DNA of 64,000 nucleotides from the IMG/VR virus record IMGVR_UViG_3300028559_000005. One strand, 5' to 3'. The notes beneath the pieces are model-generated. The model saw only the letters and a list, made by a program, of their open reading frames with translations. It was not told the origin of the DNA and ran no database searches. The stretch is from a virus. Taxonomy: Duplodnaviria; Heunggongvirae; Uroviricota; Caudoviricetes. The first letter of the stretch is position 1, and every line of letters begins with the position of its first letter. A program made the translations under genes and the position numbers. Below, piece after piece: positions 27,401 through 40,843 of this stretch.

Positions 27401-30400
27401 GGTGATGTAAATGGTGCTAACAACACCAGAGATCTGGGCAATATTGTTCCTTACGGTTTGAGCATTTTACAACAAAGCTCACCTATGACACTGGCTGGGT
27501 ACTTTTTGCGCAAGCCTGATTACGATATTTTTGCGTCATTGGCATTTAATTCTAGAGAATACGAAAAATTCAAAGCACAGTTCTTGAACACAGCGGCTCA
27601 AGGTGACTACACAAATATGTCAGTGGCAGAAATATTAAATGCAGTATTTTCTGAAATCAACACAGGCCGTACCAGTTCAAATCCATTCTATTGGTCAGAC
27701 ATGTTGCCTACTGGCACAGTATACACACAGCTTCAGACCACTGTGACACCAATCACCACACAGATATTTGATCTCACACAAGTGTACAATTACACTTCTG
27801 CTAATTATCAAGCATTGCTGGTATACATCAATGATCGACTGCTGACCAGAAATGTAGAATACACAGTCAGTGTTGATGCACCAATCATTACAATCTTGAT
27901 ACCACTAGCAGTAGGTGAAGTTGTGACCATTCAGGAGTACGAAGCTACTTTTGGTAGTTATGTTCCTAACACTCCTACCAAACTGGGATTGTATCCAGCG
28001 TATGTGCCTGAACTATTCTTAGATGAAACTTATGTAACACCTACATTTGTTATTCGCGGTCATGATGGATCTATCACTAGAGCATTCGGTGACTTTCGTG
28101 ATCAGGTATTGTTGGAATTTGAAACTAGAGTTTATAACAACTTGAAACTAGATGGCAATCCTGTACCATTAACTGCGGCAGACGTGATTCCAGGCCAGTT
28201 CCGTACTACCGATTACAGTCTAGTAGAAATACAAAATATTCTAAATCAAGACTTTTTGACTTGGGTAGGATGGAACAAACTTGATTACAAAACACAAGAC
28301 TATGTTGCAAACAACGAGTTTACTTGGAATTACAGTACAGCATCAAACAAACTCAACAATGACCCATTGTTGATTGGAGCCTGGCGCGGTATCTACAATT
28401 ACTTCTACGATACTATCTATCCAGCCACAAGACCTTGGGAGTTGCTGGGGTTCAGCGAACGCCCAATTTGGTGGGAAAATCAATATGGGTCAGCACCTTA
28501 CACTTCGGGTAACCTGGTGTTATGGGGCGACTTAGCTGCGGGTCTGGTAAGAGATCCGGTGGCTCCTTATGTTCTTCCTGAATATATTCGCCCCGAATTA
28601 TTACAAGTAATTCCAGTTGACAGCGAAGGAGCATTATTAAGCCCACAGCAAGTGGTAGTAGGCAACTTCAACTCAGCCGACTTCCGTAAGAGCTGGGTGG
28701 CAGGAGACGACGGCCCTGTAGAAAATGCCTGGCGCACCTCAAGTGCATATCCATTTGCTATCATGCGATTGTTGGCATTGACTCGTCCTGCTGAATTCTT
28801 CTCATTATTTGTTGACAGAGACTTGTACAAGTTTGACACTGATTACGATCAGTATCTGTACAACAATCGTTACAGACTAGATGCCAATGGTGTTGAGGTG
28901 TATGGTAACGGTGTCAGCAAGGCCAGCTACATTGATTGGATAGTGGACTTTAACCGAGTCAGTGGTATCAACTCAACTGACGCACTCACAGCTGATCTTA
29001 AAAATCTTGACGTGAGATTATGCTATAGGATGGCATCATTCTCTGGTAAAAATCTACTGGAACTGTATACTGAAAAATCTAGTCCTAACAGTTTAAACTC
29101 TAACTTGTTGTTGCCCGACGAAAGTTATAATTTGTTGTTTTACAAAAACGTACCATTTGCACAACTCACGTACTCTAGTGTGATTGTGCAAAGCACTGCC
29201 ACAGGCTGGGCAGTGTATGGTTACAATATGAGTCAACCATATTTTAACATTTTGCAAAGCAAGATCAATGGTAATTTGGGAGTTATATCAGCTGGCAATA
29301 GTACAGTTCGTGTTCCAGTGACATATACTGATAATGTGGTACAGATACCATATGGTTATGTGTTTACCAATCAAACATTAGTAGCTGACTTCTTGTTGAG
29401 TTACGGCGCATTGCTACAACGCCAAGGGCTTGTGTTTGACACATTGGAAAATGGATATGTGTTGGACTGGAATCAAATGGTCAGTGAATTCTTGTACTGG
29501 AGCAATCAAGGATGGAATACTGGTAGTATCATCAATTTGAATCCTGGTGCAAACAAATTGATTGTGGAGCGTGCTGGCGCAATTGTTGACAGCATTGCAG
29601 TACAAACCACTGAAAACATGGTGTTAAACGCTGACCGTGTGCCATTCAACGCTAGAGATTTAGTAATTGAACGTCTGAATAATACTTTTACTATTACCAG
29701 CTTGACCAGTGAAACCATCAACTTCCTGAACATCAAGTTCACCAGTTATGAGAACATGATTGTGTTGGACAATACCAGTATCTTTGCTGACTTGATTTAC
29801 GATCCTATAACTGCTGCAAGACAAAGTCGTATTAGACTTGTAGGATGGACCACCACAGAATGGAACGGGCAATTAAATGCTCAAGGATTCATATTAAATC
29901 AAGACAATGTAAATCAATGGAATCCATTGAAGAAATATGCTCGTGGTGAAATTGTAAAATGGAAAAATACTTATTATAGTGCCATTGACATAGTGCAGCC
30001 ATCTGCAGAGTTTGATATCAACAACTGGAGAGTGTCTAACTATACATTAATCCAACAAGGATTACTACCTAACTTGGCCAACAAGAGCAATCAACTGGCC
30101 AACAGTTACAATATCTACACTGCCAATCTTGAACTCAATCAAGATCTATTCTCATATGCACTGATTGGATGGAAACCTCGACAGTACATGGTAAATCTAG
30201 AATTAGATAGTACCAGCCAAGTGAGTTTATATCAACAATTTTTAGGTACCAAGGGCACGTTACGTGCTGCTGACATATTCTCTTTTGCTGACATAAGGAA
30301 TGGTCCTGCACAGTATCAGATCTATGAAAACTGGGCCATACTTCGCGGAGTATACGGCGCCAATGCCAATCGCAGTTTCTATGAACTGCAACTCAACGAA

Positions 30401-33400
30401 GCATTGCTTACTTCTAACCCTAGCACTATTCAAGTTATTCTGCCCAACGAATCTAGTTTGGCTGAACAAACAGTTCTGTTGAGCAACTTGTGGAAAACAA
30501 GTTACAAGATAACCAGTCCAGACATATTAACCACAGTGACTTTGCCTATAGAAGATTCGGCATTGCCCAGTGCTGGTTATGTGAATTTTGATGACGTTGA
30601 TATCACCGTGTTTGATATTGCAAACACTTCAGAAATAAATGCCAACATTGACAGTATCAATGTAGGAACTGACATATGGATAGCACGAGTTAATAGTTAC
30701 GACTGGGGGATTTTTAGAACTGGCCAACTTCCAGGATATCTAAGCACAGTTACTACAAATCTTGATGGCACTAGTGTGTTTACATTTACTCAACCTCATG
30801 GTATTACCACTGTTGGGCGTTTGTTTATAATTCGATTCTTTTCAGACGAAGTCGACGGAGTATATGAAGTAGTACGTATACCAAGTATTAACCAGCTGGT
30901 TGCTGTGTTTAGTTTTGTTAACACCAGCCAAATCACTGCTGTCGGTAACGGTATTGGTTTTGTATTGCAAACTCAGCGGGTGAAACAGGCCAGTGATGTG
31001 ATCACACTGCCATATGCCAATAGTTTGATTCCAGGCAATAAGGTATGGGTAGATAATAATGGTTTAGGGTTGTGGCAAGTGTTGGAAAAACAATTGGTTT
31101 TCACATCCACAGCCGAAATAAAAGCTGCTGTTCCTCAAACCAATAGTCAATTTGGTCAAAGTGTAGCACAGAACAAAGACAATGTCTATGCAATTGTTGG
31201 TAGCCCAAGTTATAATGCGGCCGCTGATAGCACATTAGGTACTGGTGCGGCATACACTTATATAAGAACAGTGATTAACCCATTTGCAGAAAATTCTGTT
31301 CTTGAGCTCAATGCAGTGGATACCATTGGATACGGGCATGCTGTGAGCATTGGTAATCAAACTTGGCAAGTGATAGGAGCTCCGGCCAGTGATAATAATC
31401 TAGGATATGCAGCCACGGTTTATAGAATTCCTGGCACCGGCACTTTCACAACTTCAAGTGTGCTTACAGTTCCTATTGTCACTGATCTAGTGTATCCAGC
31501 CGAGTTTGGATACAGTGTGGCAATCAGTCAAGATGAGCATTGGATGTATATTGGTGCACCGGGCATTAACAAAGTATTTGCATATGGCTTGGTAGAAGTT
31601 CAAACGCAAACTAAAAACTATGTGACCGACGGCACTACAGGTAGTTTCAATTACAGCGATTACATTGTGATTGATTCACAATATCCCAATCAGCTTACTG
31701 TGGTATTGAATAACACTCAACTAACAGAAGGACTTGATTATAATTTAACAGCTACTAGTGTGGTATTTGTATCAACTCCACCGAGTGATTTGATTCTACA
31801 AATTGGTCGTAGAACTTCTGTAAATTATACTGGTGATGGTTCAACTTGGTTGTTCTCACTAAATGAATATTTGTATACCGCAGTCGACATTTACAGTTTT
31901 ATTGTTTCTGTTAACGGAATACTGCAACGCCCAAATATTGATTACGAATTTAATGCAGACTACAGTACCGCTGGCAGAGATTTAATATTCTTTGTAGCAC
32001 CCGCTGACGACTCAACCATCACAGTAACCACCAACAGTTACTACACATTTGTTGATACTTTAGAGTTTACCATTGAATTCACAGCATCAATTGCTGGAAA
32101 TATACTCACAGTTACTAGTATACCTGATGGCTCTCCGTCTCTTTCTGTTGGGATGCTGCTCAGTGGCGCAGGTGTTACACAAGGTACCAGTATCACAGCA
32201 CTGGTCAGCGGCACAGGTGGAACAGGCACATATCTTGTGTCACTGGAACAAACCACAGCATCTACTACTATCACAGCTAGATTGCCCAATGACAGTAGAT
32301 TTGGTCAAAGTGTTGCATGTACTGTTGATGGTACACAGGTTCTAATTGGTGCACCAAATACTGATGCTGATAATAAGGTAGATGCTGGTACAGTTTATGC
32401 ATACGATCGTTCAGTGCAGAACTTTGTTATAACTGATTCCACACAAACATCTTACACTGTGGATGGTGGTGTACTAGTTGCACCCACTTTTGTAAATTTA
32501 AACAATAACTTCTTGCTCAACACTGAGGACAACATAGGTGGAACATTCTCTGTAAACGGAGCCACAGTCACAGTATCAGTTCCACTGGCAGTAGGAGATG
32601 TATTACAAATACAACCCAACACATTTAGTCTATTACAAATTGTAAACGCTAATGCGCCAAGTGTGGCTGCTAACTTTGGTGCTAGTGTGGATGTTTGCCA
32701 ATACAGTTGCAGTGTGTACACCGGTGCACCACAAGATAGTTCTGTGTTAGCAAATGCTGGATCAGTACAACGCAATGTAAATCAAAGTCGCTCGTACGGT
32801 ACTACCACTAGCCAAACCGTCAATCCTGTATTAACACCAGGACAAAGTATCAGAATCAACAATCAAGAAGTGGTCTTGAGCAATCCTGATCAATGGATCA
32901 GCACAGTAATTTGGCCTGCCAATAGCCTAGTGCAAGATAGTCAAAAAATATATCAAGCCATACGTACGGTACCTGCTGGAATTGCAATTACTGACGTTTC
33001 TTATTGGAACCCAAGCAGCTGGGTAACAATATTGGCCAACGACATCAACACATCAGGCATTGCCAATGTGATAGCCAGTACTGGTACTAGTGGAACAGCA
33101 GCATTTGGATTGTTGACCGTGAGTGTGAAGAATGTATTGGCTGCGGATCCTACCAATCGTCTTAGTGTATTGCCTGGTTTGATTGGAACTATATTCCAAT
33201 CACTGGGATTCAATACCTATGCATATACACAAACCATCACCAGTCCAGCACCGTCAATTAATGCCAATTTTGGTGCAGCATTAAACATTGATACATCTGC
33301 TAATACATTAACTGTGGGAGCGCCAGGCGGAAACCTGTATCGTCCAAACACATTTGATCAAGGCACCACTTACTTTGATGGTCGTACTACTACATTTAAT

Positions 33401-36400
33401 GGACCGTTGTATCAAAGTGGTGTGGTGTACACATATGATTATCTACCTAGTGCAGCTGACTCTGTTAGAGATCCAGGCAAGTTTGCATTTGGACAACAAA
33501 TTTATGATCAACGTGTACGTGAACTAGATCAGTTTGGTACTGCAATAGATTACACCAATGGTGTATTGATGATAGGTAGTCCGGGCAGTGATGTTGATGA
33601 CAGCACTTTAAGTGAACTCAATTATGGTCGTGTGGCAGTATTTAGAAATGACACGCTTACACCAGCCTGGGCAGTAATACATGAACAACTACCTGTGGTT
33701 GATATTAAATTGATTAATTCTGTGTACAGTTACAGTGCTAACACAGGTGCCAAGACCACATTCTTTGATTTCATTGATCCATTGCAAGGAAAAATACTGG
33801 GTGCTGCTGCTGAGAATATTAACTATACTAGTGTAGTAGACCCTGCTGCATACAATGTTGGTCCAGTAAACAACTATGGTAGAATTTGGGCTGAATCACA
33901 TGTGGGAGAAATTTGGTGGGATACCAACAGTGTGAGATTCATTGACCCCAATCAAGACAACATCACTTACGCGGCTCGACGTTGGGCACAGATATTCCCA
34001 GGATCATCTATTGATGTATATCAATGGGTCAGTAGCACAGTACCACCAGCTGAATACACTGGTCCAGGTACACCAAGAGATATTATCAGTTACAATGCAA
34101 CCAATGGAATAAACTCCAATGGAATTTTGGCCATCACTTATTATTTCTGGGTAAAAGGTATTACCACAATCAATACCACAGCTGGAAAAACACTCAGTAC
34201 CACTGGTATTTCTACGTACATTGCAGATCCACGCAGTTCAGGTATTCCTTATGTGGCATTCCTAAGCGCCAGTGCAACTGGTATCTACAATGCAATAAAT
34301 GATATTTCTGCACAAGATACCATACTCAGCATTGAGTTTGATCAAGAATTAACCAGTGACAATGTTCACACACAATACAGTTTAATTCCTCAAGATCGTG
34401 CTGATGGTTTCCTTCCTGACAATTTGTATCTTAAATTTATAGATAGTCTTTGCGGAGTTAATTCCACTGGCGCAGCAGTACCTGATATTAATCTAAGCCC
34501 AGCCAACCGTTACGGCGTACAATTCCGTCCGCGACAAAGTATGTTTGCTGATAGATTCTTGGCACTGAAAAACTATTTTGGTCGAGTAAACTCAGTGCTG
34601 GCACAGTATCCTATCACTGAAATTCGCAGTTTTGCATTGCTGAACAGCAGGGAACCCGAGCCAACAGCAGGTACAGGCGCTTGGGATAAAAGAGTAGCTG
34701 ACCTTGAAGAGTTGAGTTATCAGAATCTTGCATCAGTTCCAGTTGGATATCTATATCTTGTGGTGAGTGATTCTACTCAGAATGGCCTATGGACCATTTA
34801 CCAAGTCACTGCAACAAAAACATTTGCCACATTGGATCTAGTACGAGTACAAAACTACGATACTCGCAGGTACTGGAGCTATATCAACTGGTATCTACCA
34901 GGTTACAATCCTAGCAAATTGGTTGTTGCCACAGTGGGCGTATACAGTGACCTCAGCAAGCTGAGTTTGTATCAAGCACCAGTGGGATCCAGTGTACGAG
35001 TCACTGCTAACTCGCAGGGCAAATGGGAAATATATCTGCGGGTAGCCACCGACACATGGGATCGTGTGGCCCTGCAAGATGGTACTATAGAAATCTCTGC
35101 TGAATTATGGGATTATCAATTGGGCCGCTTTGGATTTGATGTAGACGTATTTGATGCACAATATTTTGACCAGGAGCCTGTAATTGAAACACGCCGAGTT
35201 ATTCAAGCTATCAATCAAGAACTGTTGATTGATGAGCTGTTGATTGATCGCAATCGCGCATTGATCTTGATGTTTAATTTTGCACTTAGCGAGTTTGAAG
35301 CTCCTGACTGGTTGTCAAAGACTTCGTTGATCGACGTGGATCATACTATTCGTGAATTGGTTGCATTCCAAACATATCGACGAGACAATCAAGATTTTGT
35401 GTTAGAATACATCAACGAAGTCAAACCATATCATGTGCAAATACGTGAATTTAATTTGATCTACAATGGGTTAGATGATTATCAAGGAACTATGACTGAC
35501 TTTGATGTTCCGGCCTTTTATGATACTAATGTAATTCCTAATCAGTTTGTGAGTCCAATACTGACTCCGTACACTGTGAGTACCGCCGTAGGCACAGGTA
35601 CTCCAGACGATGTTAGTGATACTGCATCAGACAGTTTGATATGGCAAACACAGCCTTGGAGTTTCTGGTATCAAAATTACACTCTGGCAGTGGTAGGTGC
35701 TTCAGTTGCAGCAGCTGGGTCAGGATATACTGTTCCTCCTGTGGCCATAGTCACAGGTGATTGTATTACCCCTGCTGAATTAACAGTGACTATCAACGGT
35801 TTTGGCAATTTAACTGGTGTGATAGTAACCAATCCAGGAGTAGGGTACACCACTACTGCATTGATCACTCTCAGCGGTGGCAACGGCACCGGTGGGCAGT
35901 TGGTAGCTGTAATGGCTGGGCCAGGCATTGGCGAAGATCAAGATCCAACTGCATCAGACTACGGTGATACACAGTATTACAACCTAGTGCGCAGTTTCAA
36001 CATCACAATGAAATATGATAGATATCAATATGTATCAACCATTGTGGATTGGGAACCCAATGTAAACTATGACAACGGTACTCAGGTACGTTATGATAAT
36101 CGTGTGTGGATGGCGGATAGTTCTGACTCCACCGGAGTTGAATCAGATACATTTGATCCACAACAATGGATACTAGTGAACGCTGCTACACTGAGCGGTG
36201 TAGACCGTACAATGGGTCTATATGTTCCTACTGTGAACGAGCCGGGGTTGGATCTGGGATTGTTGATTGATGGTATAAATTACCCTGGTGTTCAAGTCAG
36301 TGCGCCAACATTTGGTCAAAACACTGGTTTTGATGTGGGTAATTTTGACATAAATCCATTTGATAACATTGCTTATGGTCCTGAAGGCTTGCCAACATAT

Positions 36401-38599
36401 GATCCAGGAATTTTAGATGCCATCTACGAAAGTAGATTCCTTGATATCTACTTGGGACTGCGTCCTACTGATATCAATGTTGTGGGTGGCGAGTTTGTGG
36501 GCCCTTACGAAAGTCACGCACCTGAAGAACTAATACCTGGATCTGAATTTGATACTCTTGACTTCCGTGTTTATACTCGTCCAGGGTCAGACTGGGATAA
36601 CAACGGCCATGGTTTTGCTTGGAAAATTACAAAATGGGTCTATAACAATACCACAGCATACACACAGAGTTTTGATAACATTGTAACGTCTCCAGTACAA
36701 GTGCGGGTGACCAATCAAACACAAGGTCGTGAACTTGCTCAAAACGTGGCATATACCATTGATTGGGTCAACAATGTTGTGACTATTGTGCCCAGCGTCA
36801 GCGCACCTCCAGCAGCCAATGGTGACACATTGGTTATTTCGGTGTTTGGCATTGGCGGCGGCAATCAATTGTACAAGAATGTATTCAATGGAGCCGATGT
36901 TGGTAACTTCTTGAATATTCCAGTTGCTGATGCTGAAATATTTGATATGGCAATCTTTGTGAATGGCACATTGATAACTGATTATACATACGGTGCAGGC
37001 ATCAATCGCAGTACAAATATTGTGTTTGCAAACACATATACATCAACGGATGAAATCAATGTAACAGCCATTGGGGAAACTGACGGATCATTGCCTTACA
37101 CTTGGTCCACCCCACAGACACAATACTTTACCAGTTATGGACAGTTAGATTACATGCTTGACAATTCTATGTCAGGTACTAACATTCCTAATTTGATAGT
37201 AGAAGTCAACGGCATTCGCGCAAGACCACCCGAAGGTGCATTCTATATTGCAGATGGCAGCTCTGGATATGCATTACCCAACCGTGGTGGATACAGTTTG
37301 GCATTAGTAAGTGACAACGATGTGCTGGTGTATGTAGACAATCAAAAGCTAGCCCTGGGTATTGACTACATTGTAGAACCCGACACAGGCAATGACACTC
37401 GATATGTAGATTTTACCATTGCTCCGCCAGTTGGATCACAAGTGTTGATCAGTGTCATTACCAAAGCTGACTATGTGATATACGATGATGGCAGCAGTTT
37501 AGACAATTATCAATTGGTATTCCGCACCACTGGTGGATTCTATCCGCTATACGGCGATGTGGTTTCAGTTACCAGCTGGAACAATACTGTGCAGCAAAAC
37601 ATAGTCACTCTACTATGGGAAGGTCCTGTAGTTGAAGGTGCAGTGGTTAACGAGCCATTTGACAGCACAGATTTTGATACAGGAACCGTATCCAACGATC
37701 CAGGTAGTTTTGATTATACTGAAGGAATTCAAGTTATTGTTAACAATTTCCAACTGGGTAGAATTGTCACAGATCCAACTAGAATGTGGGTTACCAAGAA
37801 CGGCAACCGTATTTTCTACGGTGATGATTATTTGATCTCAGGAGAAGAACTAATAGTGCATGGTGGACCAATTGGAACAACCACAGTTATTGTGGCCCAG
37901 TTGTTTACTGATTCAGTAGTACCCGATGCAATGGAATTTAGAATTTTCCAAGACATGCGAGGCGTACAAGCCACTTACAGAATGACACCAGATACCACAA
38001 CCACACTGGTACAGAAGTTGTTTAAAGATCAGGATATTATCTATGTTGCTGATGCTGATGCGTTGACACAACCTGATTTGGAAGCAAACATCTGGGGCGT
38101 TATCACTATAAACGGTGAACGTATTATGTATCGTGAGCGTGATACCAATAACAATACTGTCAGCAGTTTGTTGCGTGGCACAGCAGGTACCGCAGTAGCT
38201 GAACATGACGCAGATTCTATAGTATACAACATAGGTAGAGGTAACTTGGCACCAGCTGAATATCAAGATCGTGTGGTGTATACCAATACACTGGGAGATA
38301 GTACCACCACAACATTCTCTGCACCAAATATTGATTTAAGTTCATTGCCTTTGAGTTTTGCTGAACAAGCTATACTGGTGTATGTGGCCGGAATACGAGT
38401 GTATACAGGATACACTGTGGATTCTGTGGCACCTGCCACGGTGACATTTGATACAGCACCCATCGATGGATATGAAGTTTCTATCTTGGTACGTCAAGGG
38501 TTTGGGTGGTATCAACCAGCAAACGGGCAGCCGTCAAACGGTCAAGCATTGCAAATTACCCAAACTGATGCCGCAAGGTTCTTCCGCGAACAAAATTAA
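24407..38599 (+). CDS. Giant (4730 aa) baseplate/virion structural protein, gp7-like position, with FG-GAP-like propeller repeats
   Basis: Uninterrupted ORF overlapping the gp6 stop. Repeated FGQSVA/FGYSVA/FGASV/FGAAL/FGTAI blades, WD/FD aromatic-acidic repeats and YTGDGST-type modules. Confidence 0.7.
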   Translation: MATTKSVDFLPPIFQTSTNKQFLSATLDQLVQEPEFKKTQGFVGRHLGPGVNPNDYYVIEPTADRSNYQLEPGVISLVPDTNTIADAVTYPGITDAIGRQGGFTNNASRLYTSDYYTWDPFINFDKFTNYSQYYWLPGGPISVGVSGSTIPVTATYNVTRTDTSYEFSSIQGQNPVITLVRGGTYEFVVNQVPNSFWIQSDPGVNGRLPYAPNISSRDVLGVTNNGENSGTVTFSVPFKTAQQFYYDLALAPTVPTAGQVDLLTDIDYNQINGVLVSTFFANYPSGIDGITNLQNRSVVFNNTTAPTNVYQIQYIGTGPGQTIQLLPVLAVPSLNKFTIIFGAEWSTTEWYLNASGYFEQIPLLTAVQDTLWYQDGTNPEIFGQIRLVDQTQAATINVVTDILGKQNYTSPNGVVFTNNLKITFQGSVVPASYQAQTYYVAGVGTAIQLLLETDYITPEIVRTASTPWDFVPWDSANWDGTLNQPLDPDYITIALDSPDLNAWTRSNRWFHIDVINAAAAYNNTNAVLDNRFRAKRPIVEFRGGTHLYNMGTEAKQPVNIIDLNQTDALTNVNGTTQYTVVGQAYNLQQGNRVIFAKDTDPQVRNKVYVVNFISPASVPLPDSSLVDQPVIDLVPADDALALTDQCVVCLSGTTLTGTTFYYDGIQWIQAQQKTAVNQNPMFDVYDQAGYSLGNRAVYPSSTFSTAKNNLGTTTGGSPLFSYAVGPGTVADTVLGFPLRYLSLNNIGDIVFDNNLYADTFIYVKDNVQQTENISIGHVRQYEDRTVYAKELGWQKAAVKSQIYQQFNFTYSTTPITASISGTTLTVTQGPANGSLLIGQSLSGKGVTPGTQITGLITGTGGVGTYTITPSQTVLSEIITATTPLILDVAALPTGAIPSIKVYATSVSQNYSSLFQDPGNYTFTTTDDTTTIRFNPTTKIVLGDIIEVLVLSDQVSAVGFYQVPINLENNPLNGNSPYFTLGTIRTHYDSIAENLVNLTGDVNGANNTRDLGNIVPYGLSILQQSSPMTLAGYFLRKPDYDIFASLAFNSREYEKFKAQFLNTAAQGDYTNMSVAEILNAVFSEINTGRTSSNPFYWSDMLPTGTVYTQLQTTVTPITTQIFDLTQVYNYTSANYQALLVYINDRLLTRNVEYTVSVDAPIITILIPLAVGEVVTIQEYEATFGSYVPNTPTKLGLYPAYVPELFLDETYVTPTFVIRGHDGSITRAFGDFRDQVLLEFETRVYNNLKLDGNPVPLTAADVIPGQFRTTDYSLVEIQNILNQDFLTWVGWNKLDYKTQDYVANNEFTWNYSTASNKLNNDPLLIGAWRGIYNYFYDTIYPATRPWELLGFSERPIWWENQYGSAPYTSGNLVLWGDLAAGLVRDPVAPYVLPEYIRPELLQVIPVDSEGALLSPQQVVVGNFNSADFRKSWVAGDDGPVENAWRTSSAYPFAIMRLLALTRPAEFFSLFVDRDLYKFDTDYDQYLYNNRYRLDANGVEVYGNGVSKASYIDWIVDFNRVSGINSTDALTADLKNLDVRLCYRMASFSGKNLLELYTEKSSPNSLNSNLLLPDESYNLLFYKNVPFAQLTYSSVIVQSTATGWAVYGYNMSQPYFNILQSKINGNLGVISAGNSTVRVPVTYTDNVVQIPYGYVFTNQTLVADFLLSYGALLQRQGLVFDTLENGYVLDWNQMVSEFLYWSNQGWNTGSIINLNPGANKLIVERAGAIVDSIAVQTTENMVLNADRVPFNARDLVIERLNNTFTITSLTSETINFLNIKFTSYENMIVLDNTSIFADLIYDPITAARQSRIRLVGWTTTEWNGQLNAQGFILNQDNVNQWNPLKKYARGEIVKWKNTYYSAIDIVQPSAEFDINNWRVSNYTLIQQGLLPNLANKSNQLANSYNIYTANLELNQDLFSYALIGWKPRQYMVNLELDSTSQVSLYQQFLGTKGTLRAADIFSFADIRNGPAQYQIYENWAILRGVYGANANRSFYELQLNEALLTSNPSTIQVILPNESSLAEQTVLLSNLWKTSYKITSPDILTTVTLPIEDSALPSAGYVNFDDVDITVFDIANTSEINANIDSINVGTDIWIARVNSYDWGIFRTGQLPGYLSTVTTNLDGTSVFTFTQPHGITTVGRLFIIRFFSDEVDGVYEVVRIPSINQLVAVFSFVNTSQITAVGNGIGFVLQTQRVKQASDVITLPYANSLIPGNKVWVDNNGLGLWQVLEKQLVFTSTAEIKAAVPQTNSQFGQSVAQNKDNVYAIVGSPSYNAAADSTLGTGAAYTYIRTVINPFAENSVLELNAVDTIGYGHAVSIGNQTWQVIGAPASDNNLGYAATVYRIPGTGTFTTSSVLTVPIVTDLVYPAEFGYSVAISQDEHWMYIGAPGINKVFAYGLVEVQTQTKNYVTDGTTGSFNYSDYIVIDSQYPNQLTVVLNNTQLTEGLDYNLTATSVVFVSTPPSDLILQIGRRTSVNYTGDGSTWLFSLNEYLYTAVDIYSFIVSVNGILQRPNIDYEFNADYSTAGRDLIFFVAPADDSTITVTTNSYYTFVDTLEFTIEFTASIAGNILTVTSIPDGSPSLSVGMLLSGAGVTQGTSITALVSGTGGTGTYLVSLEQTTASTTITARLPNDSRFGQSVACTVDGTQVLIGAPNTDADNKVDAGTVYAYDRSVQNFVITDSTQTSYTVDGGVLVAPTFVNLNNNFLLNTEDNIGGTFSVNGATVTVSVPLAVGDVLQIQPNTFSLLQIVNANAPSVAANFGASVDVCQYSCSVYTGAPQDSSVLANAGSVQRNVNQSRSYGTTTSQTVNPVLTPGQSIRINNQEVVLSNPDQWISTVIWPANSLVQDSQKIYQAIRTVPAGIAITDVSYWNPSSWVTILANDINTSGIANVIASTGTSGTAAFGLLTVSVKNVLAADPTNRLSVLPGLIGTIFQSLGFNTYAYTQTITSPAPSINANFGAALNIDTSANTLTVGAPGGNLYRPNTFDQGTTYFDGRTTTFNGPLYQSGVVYTYDYLPSAADSVRDPGKFAFGQQIYDQRVRELDQFGTAIDYTNGVLMIGSPGSDVDDSTLSELNYGRVAVFRNDTLTPAWAVIHEQLPVVDIKLINSVYSYSANTGAKTTFFDFIDPLQGKILGAAAENINYTSVVDPAAYNVGPVNNYGRIWAESHVGEIWWDTNSVRFIDPNQDNITYAARRWAQIFPGSSIDVYQWVSSTVPPAEYTGPGTPRDIISYNATNGINSNGILAITYYFWVKGITTINTTAGKTLSTTGISTYIADPRSSGIPYVAFLSASATGIYNAINDISAQDTILSIEFDQELTSDNVHTQYSLIPQDRADGFLPDNLYLKFIDSLCGVNSTGAAVPDINLSPANRYGVQFRPRQSMFADRFLALKNYFGRVNSVLAQYPITEIRSFALLNSREPEPTAGTGAWDKRVADLEELSYQNLASVPVGYLYLVVSDSTQNGLWTIYQVTATKTFATLDLVRVQNYDTRRYWSYINWYLPGYNPSKLVVATVGVYSDLSKLSLYQAPVGSSVRVTANSQGKWEIYLRVATDTWDRVALQDGTIEISAELWDYQLGRFGFDVDVFDAQYFDQEPVIETRRVIQAINQELLIDELLIDRNRALILMFNFALSEFEAPDWLSKTSLIDVDHTIRELVAFQTYRRDNQDFVLEYINEVKPYHVQIREFNLIYNGLDDYQGTMTDFDVPAFYDTNVIPNQFVSPILTPYTVSTAVGTGTPDDVSDTASDSLIWQTQPWSFWYQNYTLAVVGASVAAAGSGYTVPPVAIVTGDCITPAELTVTINGFGNLTGVIVTNPGVGYTTTALITLSGGNGTGGQLVAVMAGPGIGEDQDPTASDYGDTQYYNLVRSFNITMKYDRYQYVSTIVDWEPNVNYDNGTQVRYDNRVWMADSSDSTGVESDTFDPQQWILVNAATLSGVDRTMGLYVPTVNEPGLDLGLLIDGINYPGVQVSAPTFGQNTGFDVGNFDINPFDNIAYGPEGLPTYDPGILDAIYESRFLDIYLGLRPTDINVVGGEFVGPYESHAPEELIPGSEFDTLDFRVYTRPGSDWDNNGHGFAWKITKWVYNNTTAYTQSFDNIVTSPVQVRVTNQTQGRELAQNVAYTIDWVNNVVTIVPSVSAPPAANGDTLVISVFGIGGGNQLYKNVFNGADVGNFLNIPVADAEIFDMAIFVNGTLITDYTYGAGINRSTNIVFANTYTSTDEINVTAIGETDGSLPYTWSTPQTQYFTSYGQLDYMLDNSMSGTNIPNLIVEVNGIRARPPEGAFYIADGSSGYALPNRGGYSLALVSDNDVLVYVDNQKLALGIDYIVEPDTGNDTRYVDFTIAPPVGSQVLISVITKADYVIYDDGSSLDNYQLVFRTTGGFYPLYGDVVSVTSWNNTVQQNIVTLLWEGPVVEGAVVNEPFDSTDFDTGTVSNDPGSFDYTEGIQVIVNNFQLGRIVTDPTRMWVTKNGNRIFYGDDYLISGEELIVHGGPIGTTTVIVAQLFTDSVVPDAMEFRIFQDMRGVQATYRMTPDTTTTLVQKLFKDQDIIYVADADALTQPDLEANIWGVITINGERIMYRERDTNNNTVSSLLRGTAGTAVAEHDADSIVYNIGRGNLAPAEYQDRVVYTNTLGDSTTTTFSAPNIDLSSLPLSFAEQAILVYVAGIRVYTGYTVDSVAPATVTFDTAPIDGYEVSILVRQGFGWYQPANGQPSNGQALQITQTDAARFFREQN

Positions 38600-38611
38600 G
38601 GTAAATAAAAC

Positions 38612-38758
38612 ATGCAGCAAAATCAGCAGATTAAACCACAGACACCCCAACCTGCACCTATCACTCGCCCAGACGAGCGTGGTGCCATTGCAGTTTCGGG
38701 ATTTTTAAAGATCTCTGATCCTGTGACCAAACAAGTATTTGTGGAGAAACAAGCATGA
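38612..38758 (+). CDS. Small 48-aa protein (below the ORF-track cutoff)
   Basis: MQQNQQIKPQTPQPAPITRPDERGAIAVSGFLKISDPVTKQVFVEKQA. TAAATA lies 4 nt upstream and the stop overlaps the next ATG. Confidence 0.65.
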   Translation: MQQNQQIKPQTPQPAPITRPDERGAIAVSGFLKISDPVTKQVFVEKQA

Positions 38759-39366
38759 TGATACCAGTTCAGATACAAGGCTTTGTAAAGATTTTTGATC
38801 CAAAATCTGGTGAAGTTTTTGTAGACAAAAGAAATGCAATACATTTTGAAAACATGAGTATTTCTCTAGCCCAGACACTAAGCCATAGAACTCTAGCACA
38901 AGGTGGCGGCTGGATTTATGCCATGGCTTTTGGCAACGGAGGAAGTTCAGTTGATCCCACTGGTGTGATTACATATTTGCCGCCTAATACCACTGGCATC
39001 AACGCAGATTTATACAATGAAACCTTTGTCAAAGTAGTAGATGACAATTCTGCTGCTGACACTGACGTAACTAACAATTTCTTGCAAGTATTGCACACGT
39101 CAGGGCAGGTGTATACTGATATTCTTGTGAGTTGTTTGTTGGACTACGGCGAACCGCCAGGACAACAACCTTTTGATAATTCAACCAATTTCAATGGTGA
39201 ATACGTGTTTGATGAGCTAGGACTCAAAGCTGTAAACGGAGACACAACAAATCTTCGTTTGCTCACACATGTGATTTTTCACCCAGTACAAAAAAGTCTA
39301 AACCGTCAGATACAGATTGATTATACTGTACGAATTCAGACTTTGACTAACCTAAGCACAGCATAA
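38755..39366 (+). CDS. Virion structural protein (tail fibre/baseplate attachment-like)
   Basis: AFGNGG..., LLDYGEP, FDELGL, LLTHVIFHPVQKSLNR.IQIDYTVRI; resembles tail-fibre N-terminal anchor folds. Confidence 0.55.
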   Translation: MMIPVQIQGFVKIFDPKSGEVFVDKRNAIHFENMSISLAQTLSHRTLAQGGGWIYAMAFGNGGSSVDPTGVITYLPPNTTGINADLYNETFVKVVDDNSAADTDVTNNFLQVLHTSGQVYTDILVSCLLDYGEPPGQQPFDNSTNFNGEYVFDELGLKAVNGDTTNLRLLTHVIFHPVQKSLNRQIQIDYTVRIQTLTNLSTA

Positions 39367-39418
39367 ATATGTGTAGATTAACAGGTAATAAATACCTATA
39401 AGATTCGGAGCAAACAAT

Positions 39419-40831
39419 ATGTCATATACAATCACTCTTACCAATGGGTCAACGTTCGCAACAATACCCGACGGTACCATCAACACCAGCTCAAGCATGA
39501 CCCTAGTGGGTAAAAACTATGCTGGGTATGGACAGTTTATCAATGATAATATTATCCGTTTATTACAAAACGGAGCCAATACCACAGCACCTGGAGCACC
39601 GTTGCAAGGACAATTATGGTACGACCAAACTACTGGTACTATGAAAGTATACACTGGATCAACATTCAAAGTTATATCAGGCGCCACTGCTAGCTCAACT
39701 GCTCCTTCAGTGTCAAATGTAGCTGGTGATTTATGGTACGACAGTGTTAATGCTCAACTTAATGTATACAGTGGTGCTGCCTGGATCTTGGTAGGCCCAG
39801 CTTATACTGGTAACACAGGAGTAAGTGGTGCTATCGTTACCACAATTACTGACACCAATGCTGTAAGTCATGTGGCTGTGGAAATGTATGTTGCTGATGC
39901 AGTTGTGGGTATTTTTAGCAAGGATGCTGCATATACTCCTGCTGTACCCCCAGCAGGTGGCGGCTGGACTGGCGCCAAGACTGTACAACCAGGTTTGACA
40001 ATGTCTGGACCAATTTCAGGTGTAACACCTTTGTTCCAGGGCACAGCTAACAACGCCAATTTCCTAGGCGGAATAGCATCTTCGGGATTCGTGGCCACTT
40101 CTAATAACCAAAGCATGTCGGGCACATTGACTATTGCAAATGATACTGGACTTTCAGTTGGTGTAGATTCTGATTTTAGAGCGTCAGTGACTGGAGCTGA
40201 TGTGTTTTTGCGTAATCAAACACAAGATGGTAATTTGGTAATTCAAATCAACGATGGTGGAGTAACTACCACCATGGTAACCATGTACGGTGCTAATAAC
40301 ATGACCACGATCCGTGGATCAACTACTGTGAACACAGCAGCAGGTGCTGATGCAATTATAAATGGTGCAGGCAATGGTGTGGGTAATATTGGATCTAGTA
40401 GCAGTTACTTTAATAAAGTATTTGCACAAGCTACTACAGCATTGTATGCTGACGTTGCTGAACGTTTTGCTGCTGATGAAATTTATCAACCAGGTACTGT
40501 GGTTGAACTGGGCGGATCTGCAGAAATCACACGAGTACTAATGGATGCTAGCGACAAAGTGTTTGGCGTTATTTCTACTCGTCCTGCATTTACCATGAAC
40601 GGTGGTGCAGGTGATGACGATACACATCCTCCAGTGGCCATGACAGGTCGTGTGCCAGTAATGGTAACAGGTGTAGTAAACAGAGGTGATCGATTGATCT
40701 CTGCAGGTGACGGTATGGCCCGTGCTGCATTTGCTGGTGAAGCAACAGCATTCAATGTAATTGGGCGTGCGCTATCTGAAAAAACTACCACTGGTATGGG
40801 CACTGTAGAAGCCATTGTGACAATAAAATAA
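39419..40831 (+). CDS. Tail fibre-like protein with a C-terminal peptidase G2-type autoproteolytic chaperone domain
   Basis: N-terminal LVGKNYAGYG...ENI/DNI..LL.N...P..PL.GQLWYD repeats; C-terminal YADVAERF...GTVV...GVIST.P...PVAMTGRVPV.V.G.V.RGD.L. Confidence 0.7.
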   Translation: MSYTITLTNGSTFATIPDGTINTSSSMTLVGKNYAGYGQFINDNIIRLLQNGANTTAPGAPLQGQLWYDQTTGTMKVYTGSTFKVISGATASSTAPSVSNVAGDLWYDSVNAQLNVYSGAAWILVGPAYTGNTGVSGAIVTTITDTNAVSHVAVEMYVADAVVGIFSKDAAYTPAVPPAGGGWTGAKTVQPGLTMSGPISGVTPLFQGTANNANFLGGIASSGFVATSNNQSMSGTLTIANDTGLSVGVDSDFRASVTGADVFLRNQTQDGNLVIQINDGGVTTTMVTMYGANNMTTIRGSTTVNTAAGADAIINGAGNGVGNIGSSSSYFNKVFAQATTALYADVAERFAADEIYQPGTVVELGGSAEITRVLMDASDKVFGVISTRPAFTMNGGAGDDDTHPPVAMTGRVPVMVTGVVNRGDRLISAGDGMARAAFAGEATAFNVIGRALSEKTTTGMGTVEAIVTIK

Positions 40832-40843
40832 TAGGATATCAAT

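Noticed and set aside
24513-38708. Numerous 60-120-aa alternative-frame and antisense ORFs inside the giant gene
   Set aside because: They lie fully within a long coding frame and have no motifs; expected by chance. The same applies to shadow ORFs elsewhere in the window.
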